Assembly: GCA_021741645.1 (NCBI GenBank)
Contig: JAIOXK010000004.1
Location: forward strand, 1,182-65,181
Source: Candidatus Nanopelagicales bacterium
GTDB lineage: Bacteria > Actinomycetota > Actinomycetes > S36-B12
DNA length: 64,000 nt
Direction of reading: 5' to 3'
The notes below the pieces were generated by a model, which saw only the letters and a program-made list of their open reading frames with translations, was not told where the DNA came from and searched no databases. Position 1 is the stretch's first letter. Every line of letters starts with the position of its first letter. Position numbers and translations under genes: made by a program. Shown here in pieces: positions 51,966 to 62,548 of the stretch.

Positions 51966-53840
51966 ATGCAGAGCTATCGGCGCGAGCGGGAGCGTGCCGC
52001 GCAGGATCCCTCGGGGTTCTGGCTGGAGCAGGCTCAGCGCATCGAGTGGGTGGACCGACCGACGCGGGGGCTCGACGACTCAGGCGCCCCCCTCTATCGC
52101 TGGTTCCCCGACGGGACACTCAACACCTGCGTCAATGCGCTCGATCGTCATGTTGCTGCCGGGCAGGGGGGACGGGTCGCCCTCATCCATGACAGCGCAG
52201 TGACCGGGACGGTGCGTCGAATCACGTACGCCGAGCTGCTTGATTCGGTGTCACGATTTGCCGGAGTGCTGGCTGGTCAGGGCGTGGTGCGCGGAGATCG
52301 GGTGCTGATCTACATGCCTATGGTGCCTGAGGCAGTGATCGCGATGCTGGCATGCGCTCGGCTCGGTGCGGTGCACTCCGTCGTGTTCGGTGGTTTCGCG
52401 CCAGGAGAGTTGGCGGTACGCATTGATGACGCCCGGCCGAAGGTGATGGTGGCCAGCAGCTGCGGGATTGAGGGCGCCAAGGTAGTCGAGTACAAGCCGA
52501 TGGTCGATGCAGCGCTCGAGCGGGCAGAGCATGCTCCCGACGTGTGCATCATCCTGCAGCGGCCACAGGCCCTGGCGTCGATGGGAGCCCGGGATCGAGA
52601 CTGGCATGAACTGCTCGCCGACGCGCAGCCGCACGCTGCGGTAGAGGTCTCGGCCCTGGACCCTCTCTACATCCTGTACACATCAGGAACCACGGGAAGG
52701 CCGAAGGGTGTGGTGCGGGACAACGGTGGGCATGCGGTTGCCATGGCATGGTCTTTCGAGAACGTCTTCGGGATGACGGCTGAAGATGTGTGGTGGGCGG
52801 CGTCGGATGTGGGTTGGGTGGTCGGCCACTCGTACATCGTCTACGCCCCACTGATCTGCGGGGCCACGAGCGTGCTGTTCGAGGGCAAGCCGGTGGGCAC
52901 TCCGGACGCAGGTGCCTTCTGGCGGGTGGTGGCCGAGCACAGCGTGGCGGGGCTGTTCACCGCACCCACCGCGATCCGGGCCATCAAGCGCGAGGACCCG
53001 GACGGCCTGCTACTTGCCGACCACGACACCTCCAGTCTGCGTTCGCTCTTCCTCGCGGGCGAGCGACTCGATCCGGACACCTATGAGTGGGCCGGCGCCA
53101 AGCTGGGGGTTCCGATCATCGACAACTGGTGGCAGACGGAGACGGGCTGGCCGATCGCTGCGAATCCGCGCGGCCTCGAGCCCCTCCCGATCAAGGCCGG
53201 CTCTCCTTCGGTTCCGGTGCCGGGCTTCGATGTGCGCGTGGTTGACCCGACGGGGGAGCCCGTTGAAGCCGGTGAGCAGGGGGCCATCGTGATCGGGTTG
53301 CCGCTTCCCCCGGGTTGCCTGCCGACGCTGTGGGGCGATGATCAGCGCTTCGTCGACTCCTACCTCTCTGCGGTGCCGGGGTGCTTCTCCACGGGGGACG
53401 GGGGGTTCCTCGACCCGGACGGCTACCTGTACGTCATGGGGCGGACGGACGACGTCATCAACGTCGCAGGTCACCGCCTGTCGACCGGATCCATGGAAGC
53501 GGTCGTGGCCGCTCATCCCGACGTTGCCGAGTGCGCAGTGATCGGAGTTCGCGACGATCTCAAGGGACAGGTCCCGCGCGCCTTCGTCGTCCTCAAGGCG
53601 GGAAGCCGCATCGATCCGGAGACTCTCCAGGAGGAGGTGGTCGAGGCCGTGCGGGATCAGGTCGGACCGGTGGCGGCGCTCAAGAGGGTGGTGGTCGTCC
53701 CGGGCCTGCCCAAGACCCGATCGGGGAAGATTCTCCGCCGGACGATGAGAGGGATCGCTGATGGCCGGCCCGAACCGGCCCCCAGCACGATCGACGATCC
53801 CGCGGTTCTCGAGGCGATCGCACCGCTGCTTCAGGAGTGA
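51966..53840 (+). CDS. Propionyl-/acetyl-CoA synthetase (PrpE-like)
   Basis: YTSGTTGRPKG, DVGWVVGHSY, DNWWQTETG, PKTRSGK. Confidence 0.88.
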   Translation: MQSYRRERERAAQDPSGFWLEQAQRIEWVDRPTRGLDDSGAPLYRWFPDGTLNTCVNALDRHVAAGQGGRVALIHDSAVTGTVRRITYAELLDSVSRFAGVLAGQGVVRGDRVLIYMPMVPEAVIAMLACARLGAVHSVVFGGFAPGELAVRIDDARPKVMVASSCGIEGAKVVEYKPMVDAALERAEHAPDVCIILQRPQALASMGARDRDWHELLADAQPHAAVEVSALDPLYILYTSGTTGRPKGVVRDNGGHAVAMAWSFENVFGMTAEDVWWAASDVGWVVGHSYIVYAPLICGATSVLFEGKPVGTPDAGAFWRVVAEHSVAGLFTAPTAIRAIKREDPDGLLLADHDTSSLRSLFLAGERLDPDTYEWAGAKLGVPIIDNWWQTETGWPIAANPRGLEPLPIKAGSPSVPVPGFDVRVVDPTGEPVEAGEQGAIVIGLPLPPGCLPTLWGDDQRFVDSYLSAVPGCFSTGDGGFLDPDGYLYVMGRTDDVINVAGHRLSTGSMEAVVAAHPDVAECAVIGVRDDLKGQVPRAFVVLKAGSRIDPETLQEEVVEAVRDQVGPVAALKRVVVVPGLPKTRSGKILRRTMRGIADGRPEPAPSTIDDPAVLEAIAPLLQE

Positions 53841-53859
53841 CCGGCACTGACCTCACGCG

Positions 53860-53892
53860 ATTGTATACATTTTCGTAATTATTGGATACAAT
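53860..53892 (+). promoter_or_regulatory. Tandem GntR/FadR-type operator boxes overlapping a probable leaderless promoter
   Basis: ATTGTATACAT (53860-53870) and ATTGGATACAAT (53881-53892) in an AT-rich patch; -10-like TACAAT 6 nt before the GTG start. Confidence 0.7.
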
Positions 53893-53898
53893 CCTGCG

Positions 53899-55071
53899 GT
53901 GTCTTCGGCTCTTGACGGTGTGATCATCGCGGACTTCTCGCGTGTGCTCGCAGGTCCCTACGCCACGATGCTCATGGCCGATCTGGGTGCCACCGTGATC
54001 AAGGTCGAGCGCCCTGGCAGCGGGGACGACACCCGTGGGTGGGGCCCGCCCTTCGCCGCCGATGGTCAGGCGACGTACTTCCAGTCCGTGAACCGAAGCA
54101 AGTTGTCCATCGCACTCGACCTGACGGACGCGGACGATCTGGAGGTCGCGCAGCGCCTGGCGAAGGCCAGCGACGTCCTGATCGAGAACTACCGGCCGGG
54201 TGCACTGGCCCGATTCGGACTGGACTATCCGGCTGTCGCGGCAGTGAATCCGGGAGTCGTCTACTGCTCCATCAGCGGCTTCGGCTCCGGAGCAGGGCGT
54301 GACCTTCCCGGATACGACCTGCTCGTGCAGGCTATGGGCGGGCTGATGAGCATCACAGGAACGGATCAGCCGACCAAGGTCGGAGTGGCGCTCGTGGACG
54401 TCCTCACGGGACTCCACGCGACGGTCGGAATCCTCGCTGCCCTTCGGCACCGGGACGTCACGGGTGTCGGGCAGTCCCTTGAGGTGTCCCTCATCCAGAG
54501 CCTGCAGTCCTCGCTGGTCAACCAGATGTCCTCCGTCCTCGGTGCAGGCGTGATTCCTGGATTCATGGGCAATGCCCATCCGTCCATCTCGCCGTATGAG
54601 GTCTTTTCAGCCTCGGACCGGCCCCTCATTCTGGCCGTCGGCAACGATGCTCAGTTCGCGCGGCTGATGGCAGCCCTGGGCCGCCCGGAGATGGCAGTCG
54701 ATCCCGCCTTCGCGGCGAACGCCGATCGTGTCACCCATCGATCGGAGCTGGTGCGCGTGCTGAACGACCTGCTCGCGGAGCGCACCGCCGACGAATGGCA
54801 GCGGATCATCACCGAGGCTGGAGTGCCCTGCGGTCCGATCAATGACATTGCCACCGGGCTTGAGCTCTCGGAGTCGTTGGGGCTGTCACCGGTGGTGACC
54901 ATCGAGGATCCTCGCCGCGAGTCCGCCCAGCGTCACGTTGCCAACCCCGTGAACTACTCGGCGACCCCGGCGATCTACCGCAGCGCGCCTCCGGAGGTGG
55001 ATGAGGATCGCGATGAGGTCCTGGCCCTCATCGCCGAGCGTGACTCGAGAGTGGGGGAGGAGAGTCGATGA
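53899..55071 (+). CDS. CaiB/BaiF family CoA-transferase
   Basis: RVLAGP, DLGA.VIKVE, NRSK, ENYRPG, GYD..VQA. Confidence 0.92.
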   Translation: MSSALDGVIIADFSRVLAGPYATMLMADLGATVIKVERPGSGDDTRGWGPPFAADGQATYFQSVNRSKLSIALDLTDADDLEVAQRLAKASDVLIENYRPGALARFGLDYPAVAAVNPGVVYCSISGFGSGAGRDLPGYDLLVQAMGGLMSITGTDQPTKVGVALVDVLTGLHATVGILAALRHRDVTGVGQSLEVSLIQSLQSSLVNQMSSVLGAGVIPGFMGNAHPSISPYEVFSASDRPLILAVGNDAQFARLMAALGRPEMAVDPAFAANADRVTHRSELVRVLNDLLAERTADEWQRIITEAGVPCGPINDIATGLELSESLGLSPVVTIEDPRRESAQRHVANPVNYSATPAIYRSAPPEVDEDRDEVLALIAERDSRVGEESR

Positions 55072-55784
55072 ATCGCAAGGCCACGGCCCAGAGCGTTGTG
55101 CTGTCAGCACTTCGCGAGGACATCGTGTCGGGCGTTCTCGGTCCAGGTGACCAGCTGGTCCAGGAGACCTTGGCGGAGCGCTACGGCGTGTCGAGGGTGC
55201 CCCTGCGGGAGGCGCTGAAGATGCTCGAGTCCGAAGGCCAGGTGATCAACCATCCCAATCGCGGATACTTCGTCGCCGAGTTGAGTGTCGATGACCTCAG
55301 GGAGGTCTACTACCTGCGTTCGCTGCTGGAGGATGCCGCGCTGAGGCAGGCGATTCCCACACTTGACGATGCGGACATCGAGGACATCGCCGCCCTCTGC
55401 GATGAGATCGACGACGCTGCGCTCGCCGAGGATGTCGTGCTGATGGCCGCCGCGAATCGCCGCTTTCACTTCGCCATCTACGACGCGGCGGGCATGCCTC
55501 GCCTCTCCCGGCTCCTGCGGCAGTTGTGGGACGCCACAGATGCCTTCCGCGCGCTCTACTACCAGCGCTCCCCCAATCGCGAGCGCGTCTCGGCCGAGCA
55601 CGCACAGATGATGGTGGCCCTACGAGCTCGCGACTCCGATGCCGTGGTGCAGCTGCACGACGACCATCGCGCGCATTCAGTGGCTGCCGTTGAAGACATG
55701 CTCATGCGGCACCACAACCGTGTGACAGAGAACGACAGCACCTTCCGCACTCCCGCCCGATCCTCACTACAGGAGAACCCATGA
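55068..55784 (+). CDS. GntR family (FadR/FCD) transcriptional regulator
   Basis: wHTH (LAERYGVSRVPLREAL), FCD NRRFH. Confidence 0.92.
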   Translation: MNRKATAQSVVLSALREDIVSGVLGPGDQLVQETLAERYGVSRVPLREALKMLESEGQVINHPNRGYFVAELSVDDLREVYYLRSLLEDAALRQAIPTLDDADIEDIAALCDEIDDAALAEDVVLMAAANRRFHFAIYDAAGMPRLSRLLRQLWDATDAFRALYYQRSPNRERVSAEHAQMMVALRARDSDAVVQLHDDHRAHSVAAVEDMLMRHHNRVTENDSTFRTPARSSLQENP

Positions 55785-56950
55785 ACCAGCAGACGCTCGC
55801 CGAGCTCTTCTCGATCGATCACCTCTTGAATGAGGAGGAGCGAGCTATTCGAGACGTCGTTCGGGACTACGTCGACACGCGCATCCGCCCCGAGATCGCC
55901 GACTGGTTCGAGGTCGGAGAGATCCCGGCGCGCGAGCTGGCCCGCGAGCTCGGCTCGCTGGGTGTCCTGGGCATGCATCTGGAGGGATACGGGTGCCAGG
56001 GGACGTCGGCAGTCGCCTATGGGCTGGCCTGTCTGGAACTGGAGGCTGGCGACTCGGGCATCCGATCGCTGGTGAGCGTTCAAGGATCCCTCGCCATGTT
56101 CGCCATTCACGAGTTCGGCTCAGAGGAGCAGAAGCAGGAATGGCTGCCGCGCATGGCGGCTGGAGACGCCATCGGCTGCTTTGGGCTCACCGAGGCGGAC
56201 TTCGGCTCGAACCCCTCGGGCATGCGCACCAGCGCCCGTCGAGACGGCAGTGACTGGATCCTTGACGGCTCGAAGATGTGGATCACGAATGGCAACGTGG
56301 CCGATGTTGCCGTGGTGTGGGCACGCACGGACGAGGGCATCCGCGGATTCGTCGTGCCGACGGACACTCCCGGATTCACGGCGAACCTGATCCACAAGAA
56401 GATGTCTCTGCGCGCCTCGGTGACCAGTGAGCTGGTCCTCGAGGGCGTGCGCCTGCCTGCCGATGCCGTGCTGCCGGAGGTTGCCAGTCTGCGCGGTCCG
56501 CTGTCGTGCCTGAACGAGGCTCGCTACGGGATCGTCTTCGGCACGCTGGGGGCTGCGCGCGACAGTCTCCAGACGGCCATCGACTACTCGGTGGATCGCA
56601 TCCAGTTCGACAAGCCCATCGCGGGATACCAGCTCACGCAGAAGAAGATCGCGGATATGGCGCTGGAGTGGGGCAAGGGGATGCTGCTCGCCCTGCATCT
56701 TGGCCGCCTCAAGGATGAGGGTCTGATCCGACCGGAGCAGGTGAGCGTGGGCAAGCTGAACAACGCCCGTGAGTCCCTTGCGATCGCACGCGAGTGCCGA
56801 AACATCCTGGGTGGAAACGGCATCACCCTGGAGTACCCCATCATTCGTCACATGAACAATCTGGAGTCCGTCTTCACCTATGAAGGAACCAACGAGATGC
56901 ACACCCTCGTGGTCGGTGAGGCGCTGACGGGTCTGGCGGCCTACCGATGA
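55781..56950 (+). CDS. Acyl-CoA dehydrogenase, glutaryl-CoA dehydrogenase-like
   Basis: DSGIRS..SVQ.SL, GCFGLTE, CLNEARYGI, LGGNGI, NLESVFTYEGT. Confidence 0.85.
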   Translation: MNQQTLAELFSIDHLLNEEERAIRDVVRDYVDTRIRPEIADWFEVGEIPARELARELGSLGVLGMHLEGYGCQGTSAVAYGLACLELEAGDSGIRSLVSVQGSLAMFAIHEFGSEEQKQEWLPRMAAGDAIGCFGLTEADFGSNPSGMRTSARRDGSDWILDGSKMWITNGNVADVAVVWARTDEGIRGFVVPTDTPGFTANLIHKKMSLRASVTSELVLEGVRLPADAVLPEVASLRGPLSCLNEARYGIVFGTLGAARDSLQTAIDYSVDRIQFDKPIAGYQLTQKKIADMALEWGKGMLLALHLGRLKDEGLIRPEQVSVGKLNNARESLAIARECRNILGGNGITLEYPIIRHMNNLESVFTYEGTNEMHTLVVGEALTGLAAYR

Positions 56951-58389
56951 GTGCTCGCCTGCTCACCTCGGTGATCGCCGGACGGGCGGTACCGGGGGTT
57001 GAGGAAAGGCCGAACATCAACCCGTCCGATGTCTCGGATGTGCTGGCCGAGACGAGCGCGGCTGATGCTGCGATGGCTCAGTGGGCGATCGATGCGGCGC
57101 GTGAGGCACTGCCCGTCTGGTCTCAGACCACTCCGTGGGAGCGCTCCGTCGTCCTCGATCGCGCCGGCAGCGAGGTGATGGCACGGGCCGATGAGCTGGG
57201 CGATCTCCTGGCCCGAGAGGAGGGCAAGACCCTTCCCGAGGCCCGGGGAGAGGTGATCCGGGCCGGCCAGATCCTCAAGTACTTTGCGGGCGCAGTCCTG
57301 CAGCCGCATGGCCTGGCACTGGACTCGGTTCGACCTGGCATCGAGATCACGGTCACGCGGGAGCCTGTCGGCGTCGTCAGCGTCATCACCCCGTGGAACT
57401 TTCCGATTGCCATTCCTGCGTGGAAGATTGCCCCGGCTCTGGCCTTCGGCAACACCGTCGTGTTCAAGCCGGCGGAACTCGTGCCCGCGAGCGCATGGGA
57501 GCTCGTCGACATCCTCAATCGCGCTGGCTTGCCTCCGGGCGCGTTGAACCTCGTGCTGGGCCGCGGTTCGGTTGTCGGTCCGGTGCTGACCACGGGAGTC
57601 GACGCCATCACGTTCACCGGGTCGGTCTCCACCGGTCGTGGCATCCTGCAGGCGACCGTCGATTCCGGGGCCAAGGTGCAGTTGGAGCTCGGTGGCAAGA
57701 ACCCCCTCGTCGTCACCGATGACGCCGACCTCAGTGTGGCCGTCGAGTGCGCCATGCAGGGTGGCTTCGGCTCCACTGGTCAACGATGCACGGCCTCCTC
57801 GATACTGGTGGCCACCGCGGGTATCCACGATGCATTCGTTGAGGCGATGCAGGCGCGCATGTCGGCCTGGACGGTCGGCGACGCGCGCAGCGCGGGTGTC
57901 GACATGGGGCCAGTGGTCGATCCATCGCAGTTGGCTCAGGATGAGGACTACTTGGCTGTTGCTCGCGAGCAGGGGGCGCAGGTCGTAGGCGGTCACCGTG
58001 TGGAGTCGGCTGCAGCCGGACACTTCCTGGCGCCGGCCCTGGCCATCGGCACGGCGATCACCGACCGGATCAACGTCGAGGAGGTGTTCGGACCGGTGAT
58101 GTCAGTGGTTCGGGTGGACTCCTACGACGAGGCACTGGCCGCGGCGAATGCCAGCACCATGAATCTCTCGGCTGGGATCTGCACCACTGACCTGGCTGAG
58201 GCCGCGCACTTCCGCCGCCACTCCAAGGCCGGCATGGTGATGGTGAATCTGCCAACGGCAGGAGTGGACTTCCATGTGCCCTTCGGCGGACGCGGTGAGA
58301 GCAGCCATGGGCCACGCGAGCAGGGCACGGCAGCCGTTGAGTTCTTCACCACGTCCAAGACCTCCTATACGCACCCGGGACAGCCGTAG
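56947..58389 (+). CDS. Aldehyde dehydrogenase (semialdehyde dehydrogenase-like)
   Basis: TPWNFP, FTGS, LELGGKNP, GQRCTA, EEVFGP. Confidence 0.9.
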   Translation: MSARLLTSVIAGRAVPGVEERPNINPSDVSDVLAETSAADAAMAQWAIDAAREALPVWSQTTPWERSVVLDRAGSEVMARADELGDLLAREEGKTLPEARGEVIRAGQILKYFAGAVLQPHGLALDSVRPGIEITVTREPVGVVSVITPWNFPIAIPAWKIAPALAFGNTVVFKPAELVPASAWELVDILNRAGLPPGALNLVLGRGSVVGPVLTTGVDAITFTGSVSTGRGILQATVDSGAKVQLELGGKNPLVVTDDADLSVAVECAMQGGFGSTGQRCTASSILVATAGIHDAFVEAMQARMSAWTVGDARSAGVDMGPVVDPSQLAQDEDYLAVAREQGAQVVGGHRVESAAAGHFLAPALAIGTAITDRINVEEVFGPVMSVVRVDSYDEALAAANASTMNLSAGICTTDLAEAAHFRRHSKAGMVMVNLPTAGVDFHVPFGGRGESSHGPREQGTAAVEFFTTSKTSYTHPGQP

Positions 58390-58398
58390 GCTGGAGAA

Positions 58399-59058
58399 AT
58401 GAGCCGCGACTGGTTTCCGCCGGAGTACCTCGATGACGTCTTCACTGAGGCCGAAGGGAGCAACGACACTCTCGCAAACCTGGGGCCCCTCACTCCGCTT
58501 GCCGGCGTGTGGGAGGGCACCAAGGGGGTCGACGTGCACCCACAGGCTGATGGCCCGGAGACCGAGGAGTACCTCGAGCGCTGGGAATTTGCTCCGATTG
58601 ATCGGCAGACCAACGGTCCTCAGCTGTACTACGGATTGCGATATCACACGCATATCCACAAGCCCGGTGAGACCGAGACCTTCCATGATCAGGTGGGCTA
58701 CCTGCTGTGGGAGCCAGCCACTGGGCTTGTTGTGATGACCCTGGCCATCCCTCGGGCGCAGGTGGCGATGGCGGGTGGCACTGCGGCGCCCGAGGACCGA
58801 CGAATCACGCTGAGTGCGGCTGTTGACGATCCGCACTTCGGAATCAGCTCAGCGCCCTTCCTGCAGGAGGCATTCCGCACGAGTGCCTGGGAGGTCACGT
58901 TCGACTTCCTGGGCGAGGACTCGTTCGCGTACCGACAGACGACCACGCTGCACGTCCATGGTCAGGATGCACCATTCGCGCACACTGACGCGAATGTGCT
59001 GAACCGGGTCGGGCCTGCGGAACTCAATCCGCTCGCAGGCGGTCCGACGGCTCCGTAG
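58399..59058 (+). CDS. Nitrobindin/THAP4-like heme-binding beta-barrel (DUF1794-like)
   Basis: LGPL.PLAGVWEG..G, FHDQVGYLLW, C-terminal HTD.N.L. Confidence 0.75.
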   Translation: MSRDWFPPEYLDDVFTEAEGSNDTLANLGPLTPLAGVWEGTKGVDVHPQADGPETEEYLERWEFAPIDRQTNGPQLYYGLRYHTHIHKPGETETFHDQVGYLLWEPATGLVVMTLAIPRAQVAMAGGTAAPEDRRITLSAAVDDPHFGISSAPFLQEAFRTSAWEVTFDFLGEDSFAYRQTTTLHVHGQDAPFAHTDANVLNRVGPAELNPLAGGPTAP

Positions 59059-59098
59059 TCCGCGGTTGTCCTCGGGTCAGGTGCCTTCGGGCCAGCGA

Positions 59099-60484
59099 TC
59101 AGTGGCCGAGCCGGCGGGCGAAGATCGCTGCTGCACGGGATCGTCGACCGGTGCGGTCTTCACTCTCATCAGCTTTGGTCATGACGCGCAGCCCCACGTT
59201 GGTTCCCAGCCATCGGAACGGCTCCGGCTCCCAACGCCGTGACCGGTGACCGACCCAGGGAAGAGATGTGAGTTCCGTGTCATGGCCGGTGATGAGGTCG
59301 GCAAGCGTTCGTCCGCCGAGGTTGGAGGTCGTGACTCCGTCGCCCACGTAGCCGCCTGACCAGGCGAGGCCCGTCTCGCGATCAAGGCCGCACGATGCCC
59401 ACCAGTCGCGGGCGATGCCCAGGGGCCCTCCCCAGGTGTGCGTGACTGCTGCATCACTGACGGCGGGGAACATGTCGACCAGCACTTGCCAGAGAGCCGC
59501 GTGCACCCGAGGGTCTCGGTCCTGCTCGGGCGCAATCTTGGACCCGTAGGAATAGGGAGCCCCACGCCCTCCGAACGCCAGTCGGCCATCACTCGTGCGC
59601 TGGCCGTAGATGATGAGGTTGCGGCCGTCCGAGAACGTCTCCCGGTGACGCAGTCCGATCGAGTCCCAGATCTCATCGCTGAGTGGCTCCGTGGCAAGCA
59701 TCATCGAGTAGACCGGTGCAAGCGTGCGTGTGTGAGAGTCCAGTGTCCGCGTGTAGCCCTCTGTCGCGCGCACGATGTACTCCGCGCGGACCGTTCCGCT
59801 GGTCGAACGCACCATGCCGGGTTCAATCGATGTCACCGGCGTGTGCTCATAGACCCTCACGCCCGAGCGCCGGACGGCCTGACCGAGTTGCCGGACAAGT
59901 CTGGCGGGGTTGAGTGCAGCGCAGTGGGGCGTATAGGTCGCCCCGAGGGTGTCCGTTGCCAGCAGGCGTGCTTCCGCCTCGTCCCGGTCGAGAAGGCGAA
60001 GATCCTCCGCCCCGAAGCCCCACTGCCGGGAATGGCGCACCTCCTCCTGCGCGGCGGACCACTGCAGGGCGGTCCGGGCGGAGACGATCGTGCCACCCTT
60101 GCTCCAGCCGATATCCCAGCCCTCGGCATCCGCGACACGGCCGATCTCGGTGACGGAGTCGATCATCGCTCGCTTCATGCGAATGGCGTTCTCTCGTCCT
60201 GCTCGTCGAGCGAGAGCGTCCAGGGACACCGGAAAGAGCGCCGATGCCCATCCGCCGTTGCGCCCGCTGGCGCCGAAGCCGACTTCCTGCGCCTCGAGGA
60301 CGGCGATTCTCAAGGACGGATCTCGTCGCGACAGGTAGTACGCCGTCCAGAGCCCGGTGTAGCCACCGCCGACGATCGCAACGTCCACAGAGGTGTCACC
60401 CGGCAGGGGCTCGCCAATCGGGCGAGTGAGGTCTGCCGGGAGAGTGTCCCACCACAGCGACAGGTGGCGCAGGTCTGAGGTCAC
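59099..60484 (-). CDS. FAD-dependent amine oxidoreductase (PuuB/DadA-like)
   Basis: IVGGGYTGLW, GASGRNGG, RATEGY, GYVGDGV, WEPEP; GTGA overlap with the upstream gene. Confidence 0.88.
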   Translation of the reverse strand: MTSDLRHLSLWWDTLPADLTRPIGEPLPGDTSVDVAIVGGGYTGLWTAYYLSRRDPSLRIAVLEAQEVGFGASGRNGGWASALFPVSLDALARRAGRENAIRMKRAMIDSVTEIGRVADAEGWDIGWSKGGTIVSARTALQWSAAQEEVRHSRQWGFGAEDLRLLDRDEAEARLLATDTLGATYTPHCAALNPARLVRQLGQAVRRSGVRVYEHTPVTSIEPGMVRSTSGTVRAEYIVRATEGYTRTLDSHTRTLAPVYSMMLATEPLSDEIWDSIGLRHRETFSDGRNLIIYGQRTSDGRLAFGGRGAPYSYGSKIAPEQDRDPRVHAALWQVLVDMFPAVSDAAVTHTWGGPLGIARDWWASCGLDRETGLAWSGGYVGDGVTTSNLGGRTLADLITGHDTELTSLPWVGHRSRRWEPEPFRWLGTNVGLRVMTKADESEDRTGRRSRAAAIFARRLGH

Positions 60485-61140
60485 CGTGCCCATCCGGCGA
60501 CGTAGTCAGGAATGGGCACGTCCTCGGGGCAGTCACCCGAGCGCACCGGAGTGCCGAATGACTCAGCAAGCGGAACCACTCCGGCCCAGATTCGCGAGTA
60601 CGGCGGCGTGCTGATGTCGGCCTCGTCATCCTCCGGATCTCCTGCTCCGACCTTGACCGACGCCTCGTTCAGATCCAGCGCCAGTGTCATGGTCCCCGCC
60701 AGCTCCTTGGTGCTGGGCGGTCGGCACTCGGACCACCGTCCGGGAAGAAGGTGCTCGGTGATCACGTGCAGCGCATCGAGCTCATCGTCACCCTCGAGTC
60801 GTCGAGCGACGCCGAGTGCCATCACCGAGCGGTAGTGCATGCTGGAGTGGAAGGCGCTTCTGGCGACGACGAGGCCATCGAGCAGCGTCACCGTGAAGCA
60901 GGTGGGCTGTCCCTCCGCGAGTGCGCGAAACAGACGCGATCCGGTGGATCCGTGGAACACGATGTCTGATCCTCGTCGGGCATATGCCACCGGAAGGACA
61001 AACGGCTGTCCGTCCGCCACGACGGCGACGTGGCCGACGAGGCCGGAGTCGAGGATCTGATGAAGCGCCTCGCGATCGTTGACCGCATTCTCCGGAATGC
61101 GGCGCACCGTGGTGCGACTCGTGGACCCTGGTCGCGTCAC
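60481..61140 (-). CDS. Pyridoxamine 5'-phosphate oxidase-like flavin-binding protein
   Basis: HGSTGSRL, LDGLVVARSAFHSSMHYRSV, WAGVVPL. Confidence 0.85.
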   Translation of the reverse strand: MTRPGSTSRTTVRRIPENAVNDREALHQILDSGLVGHVAVVADGQPFVLPVAYARRGSDIVFHGSTGSRLFRALAEGQPTCFTVTLLDGLVVARSAFHSSMHYRSVMALGVARRLEGDDELDALHVITEHLLPGRWSECRPPSTKELAGTMTLALDLNEASVKVGAGDPEDDEADISTPPYSRIWAGVVPLAESFGTPVRSGDCPEDVPIPDYVAGWAR

Positions 61141-62537
61141 AGGAGCGACCATGCCTGCGTCAGGGTCGTCCGCAGGATCTGTTCCATCTCGTCGAACTCG
61201 GCGGGGCCGATCGTGAGTGGGGGAGCGAGTTGGATCACCGGGTCACCCCGGTCGTCCGCCCGGCAGTACAGGCCCTCGTCGAACAGGGCCGTGGACAGAT
61301 AGCCCCGCAGCACACGCTCGGCCTGCTCGTCGTTGAGCGTCTCACGGGTGCCCTTGTCCTGAACCAGTTCAATTCCATAGAAGTAGCCGGCACCGCGCAC
61401 GTCACCCACGATCGGCAGGTCGCTCAATCGGGCGAGGGTGCTCTTGAAGATCTCCTCGTTCTGGCGGACATGCTCATTGGTGCCCTCGCGATCGAAGATA
61501 TCGAGCGTGGCGAGGGCGGCGGCTGCTCCGACAGGATGACCGGACCAGGTGAAGCCGTGCAGGAACATCGCTGTGCCTGATCGGAAGGGCTCGAAGAGGC
61601 GGTCGCTGACGATCATGGCACCCATGGGCGCATAGCCGGAGGTCATGCCCTTGGCACACGTGATGATGTCCGGTGTGACGCCGAATCGGCTCATGGCGAA
61701 GGTGTCGCCAATGCGACCGAAGGCGGTGATGGTCTCGTCGGCGACGAGAAGCACATCGTGCTCATCGCAGATCTCTCGCACGCGCTCGAGGTAGCCGGGA
61801 GGAGGCGGGAAACAGCCTCCGGAGTTCTGCACTGGCTCGAGGAACACGGCGGCGACGGTGTCAGCCCCTTCGAACTCGATCGCCTCGGCGATCCGATCGG
61901 CAGCCCATCGGCCGAATGCCTTCTCATCATCACGCAGATGCTCGGGCGCTCGATAGTGGTTCGTGTTGGGCACTCGAATGCCACTGGGCACGAGGGGCTC
62001 GAAGGGCTCCTTGGCAGCGGGGATCCCCGTGATGGACAGAGCCCCCTGCGGCGTGCCGTGATAGGCCACGGCTCGCGAGATCACCTTGTGCTTGGTGGGA
62101 CGGCCCGTGAGCTTGAAGTACTGCTTGGCGAGCTTCCACGCGGATTCGACGGCCTCGCCGCCGCCGCTCGTGAAGAACACGCGGTTCAGATCCCCAGGCG
62201 CGAGGGCCGCCAGACGCTCGGCGAGTTCGATCGCCCTTGGATGCGCATAGGACCAGATGGGGAAGTAGGCCAGCTCCGAGGCCTGTCGAGCCATGGCCTC
62301 GCCGATCTCTGATCGGCCGTGACCCAGCTGCACGGTGAAGAGGCCAGACAGGCCGTCCAGATAGCGGCGGCCCTGCTCGTCCCAGATGTAGGCGCCCTCG
62401 CCTCGGACGATCACCGGAACGCTGGTGCCGTTGTCATAGGCGGAATGCCGGGTGAAGGGCATCCACAGGTGATCTCGAGCGCGTTCAGCCAGAGAGTCGG
62501 TGCTCTGGTCGGTCACGTCTTGCGGGGTGCTGGTCAC
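61137..62537 (-). CDS. Class III PLP aminotransferase (diamine/omega-amine type)
   Basis: YLDGLSGL, SGGGEAVE, YHGT, EPVQ, ADETITAFGR, CAKG; GTG after AGGAGG. Confidence 0.9.
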   Translation of the reverse strand: MTSTPQDVTDQSTDSLAERARDHLWMPFTRHSAYDNGTSVPVIVRGEGAYIWDEQGRRYLDGLSGLFTVQLGHGRSEIGEAMARQASELAYFPIWSYAHPRAIELAERLAALAPGDLNRVFFTSGGGEAVESAWKLAKQYFKLTGRPTKHKVISRAVAYHGTPQGALSITGIPAAKEPFEPLVPSGIRVPNTNHYRAPEHLRDDEKAFGRWAADRIAEAIEFEGADTVAAVFLEPVQNSGGCFPPPPGYLERVREICDEHDVLLVADETITAFGRIGDTFAMSRFGVTPDIITCAKGMTSGYAPMGAMIVSDRLFEPFRSGTAMFLHGFTWSGHPVGAAAALATLDIFDREGTNEHVRQNEEIFKSTLARLSDLPIVGDVRGAGYFYGIELVQDKGTRETLNDEQAERVLRGYLSTALFDEGLYCRADDRGDPVIQLAPPLTIGPAEFDEMEQILRTTLTQAWSLL

Positions 62538-62548
62538 GGTTCCGCCTC

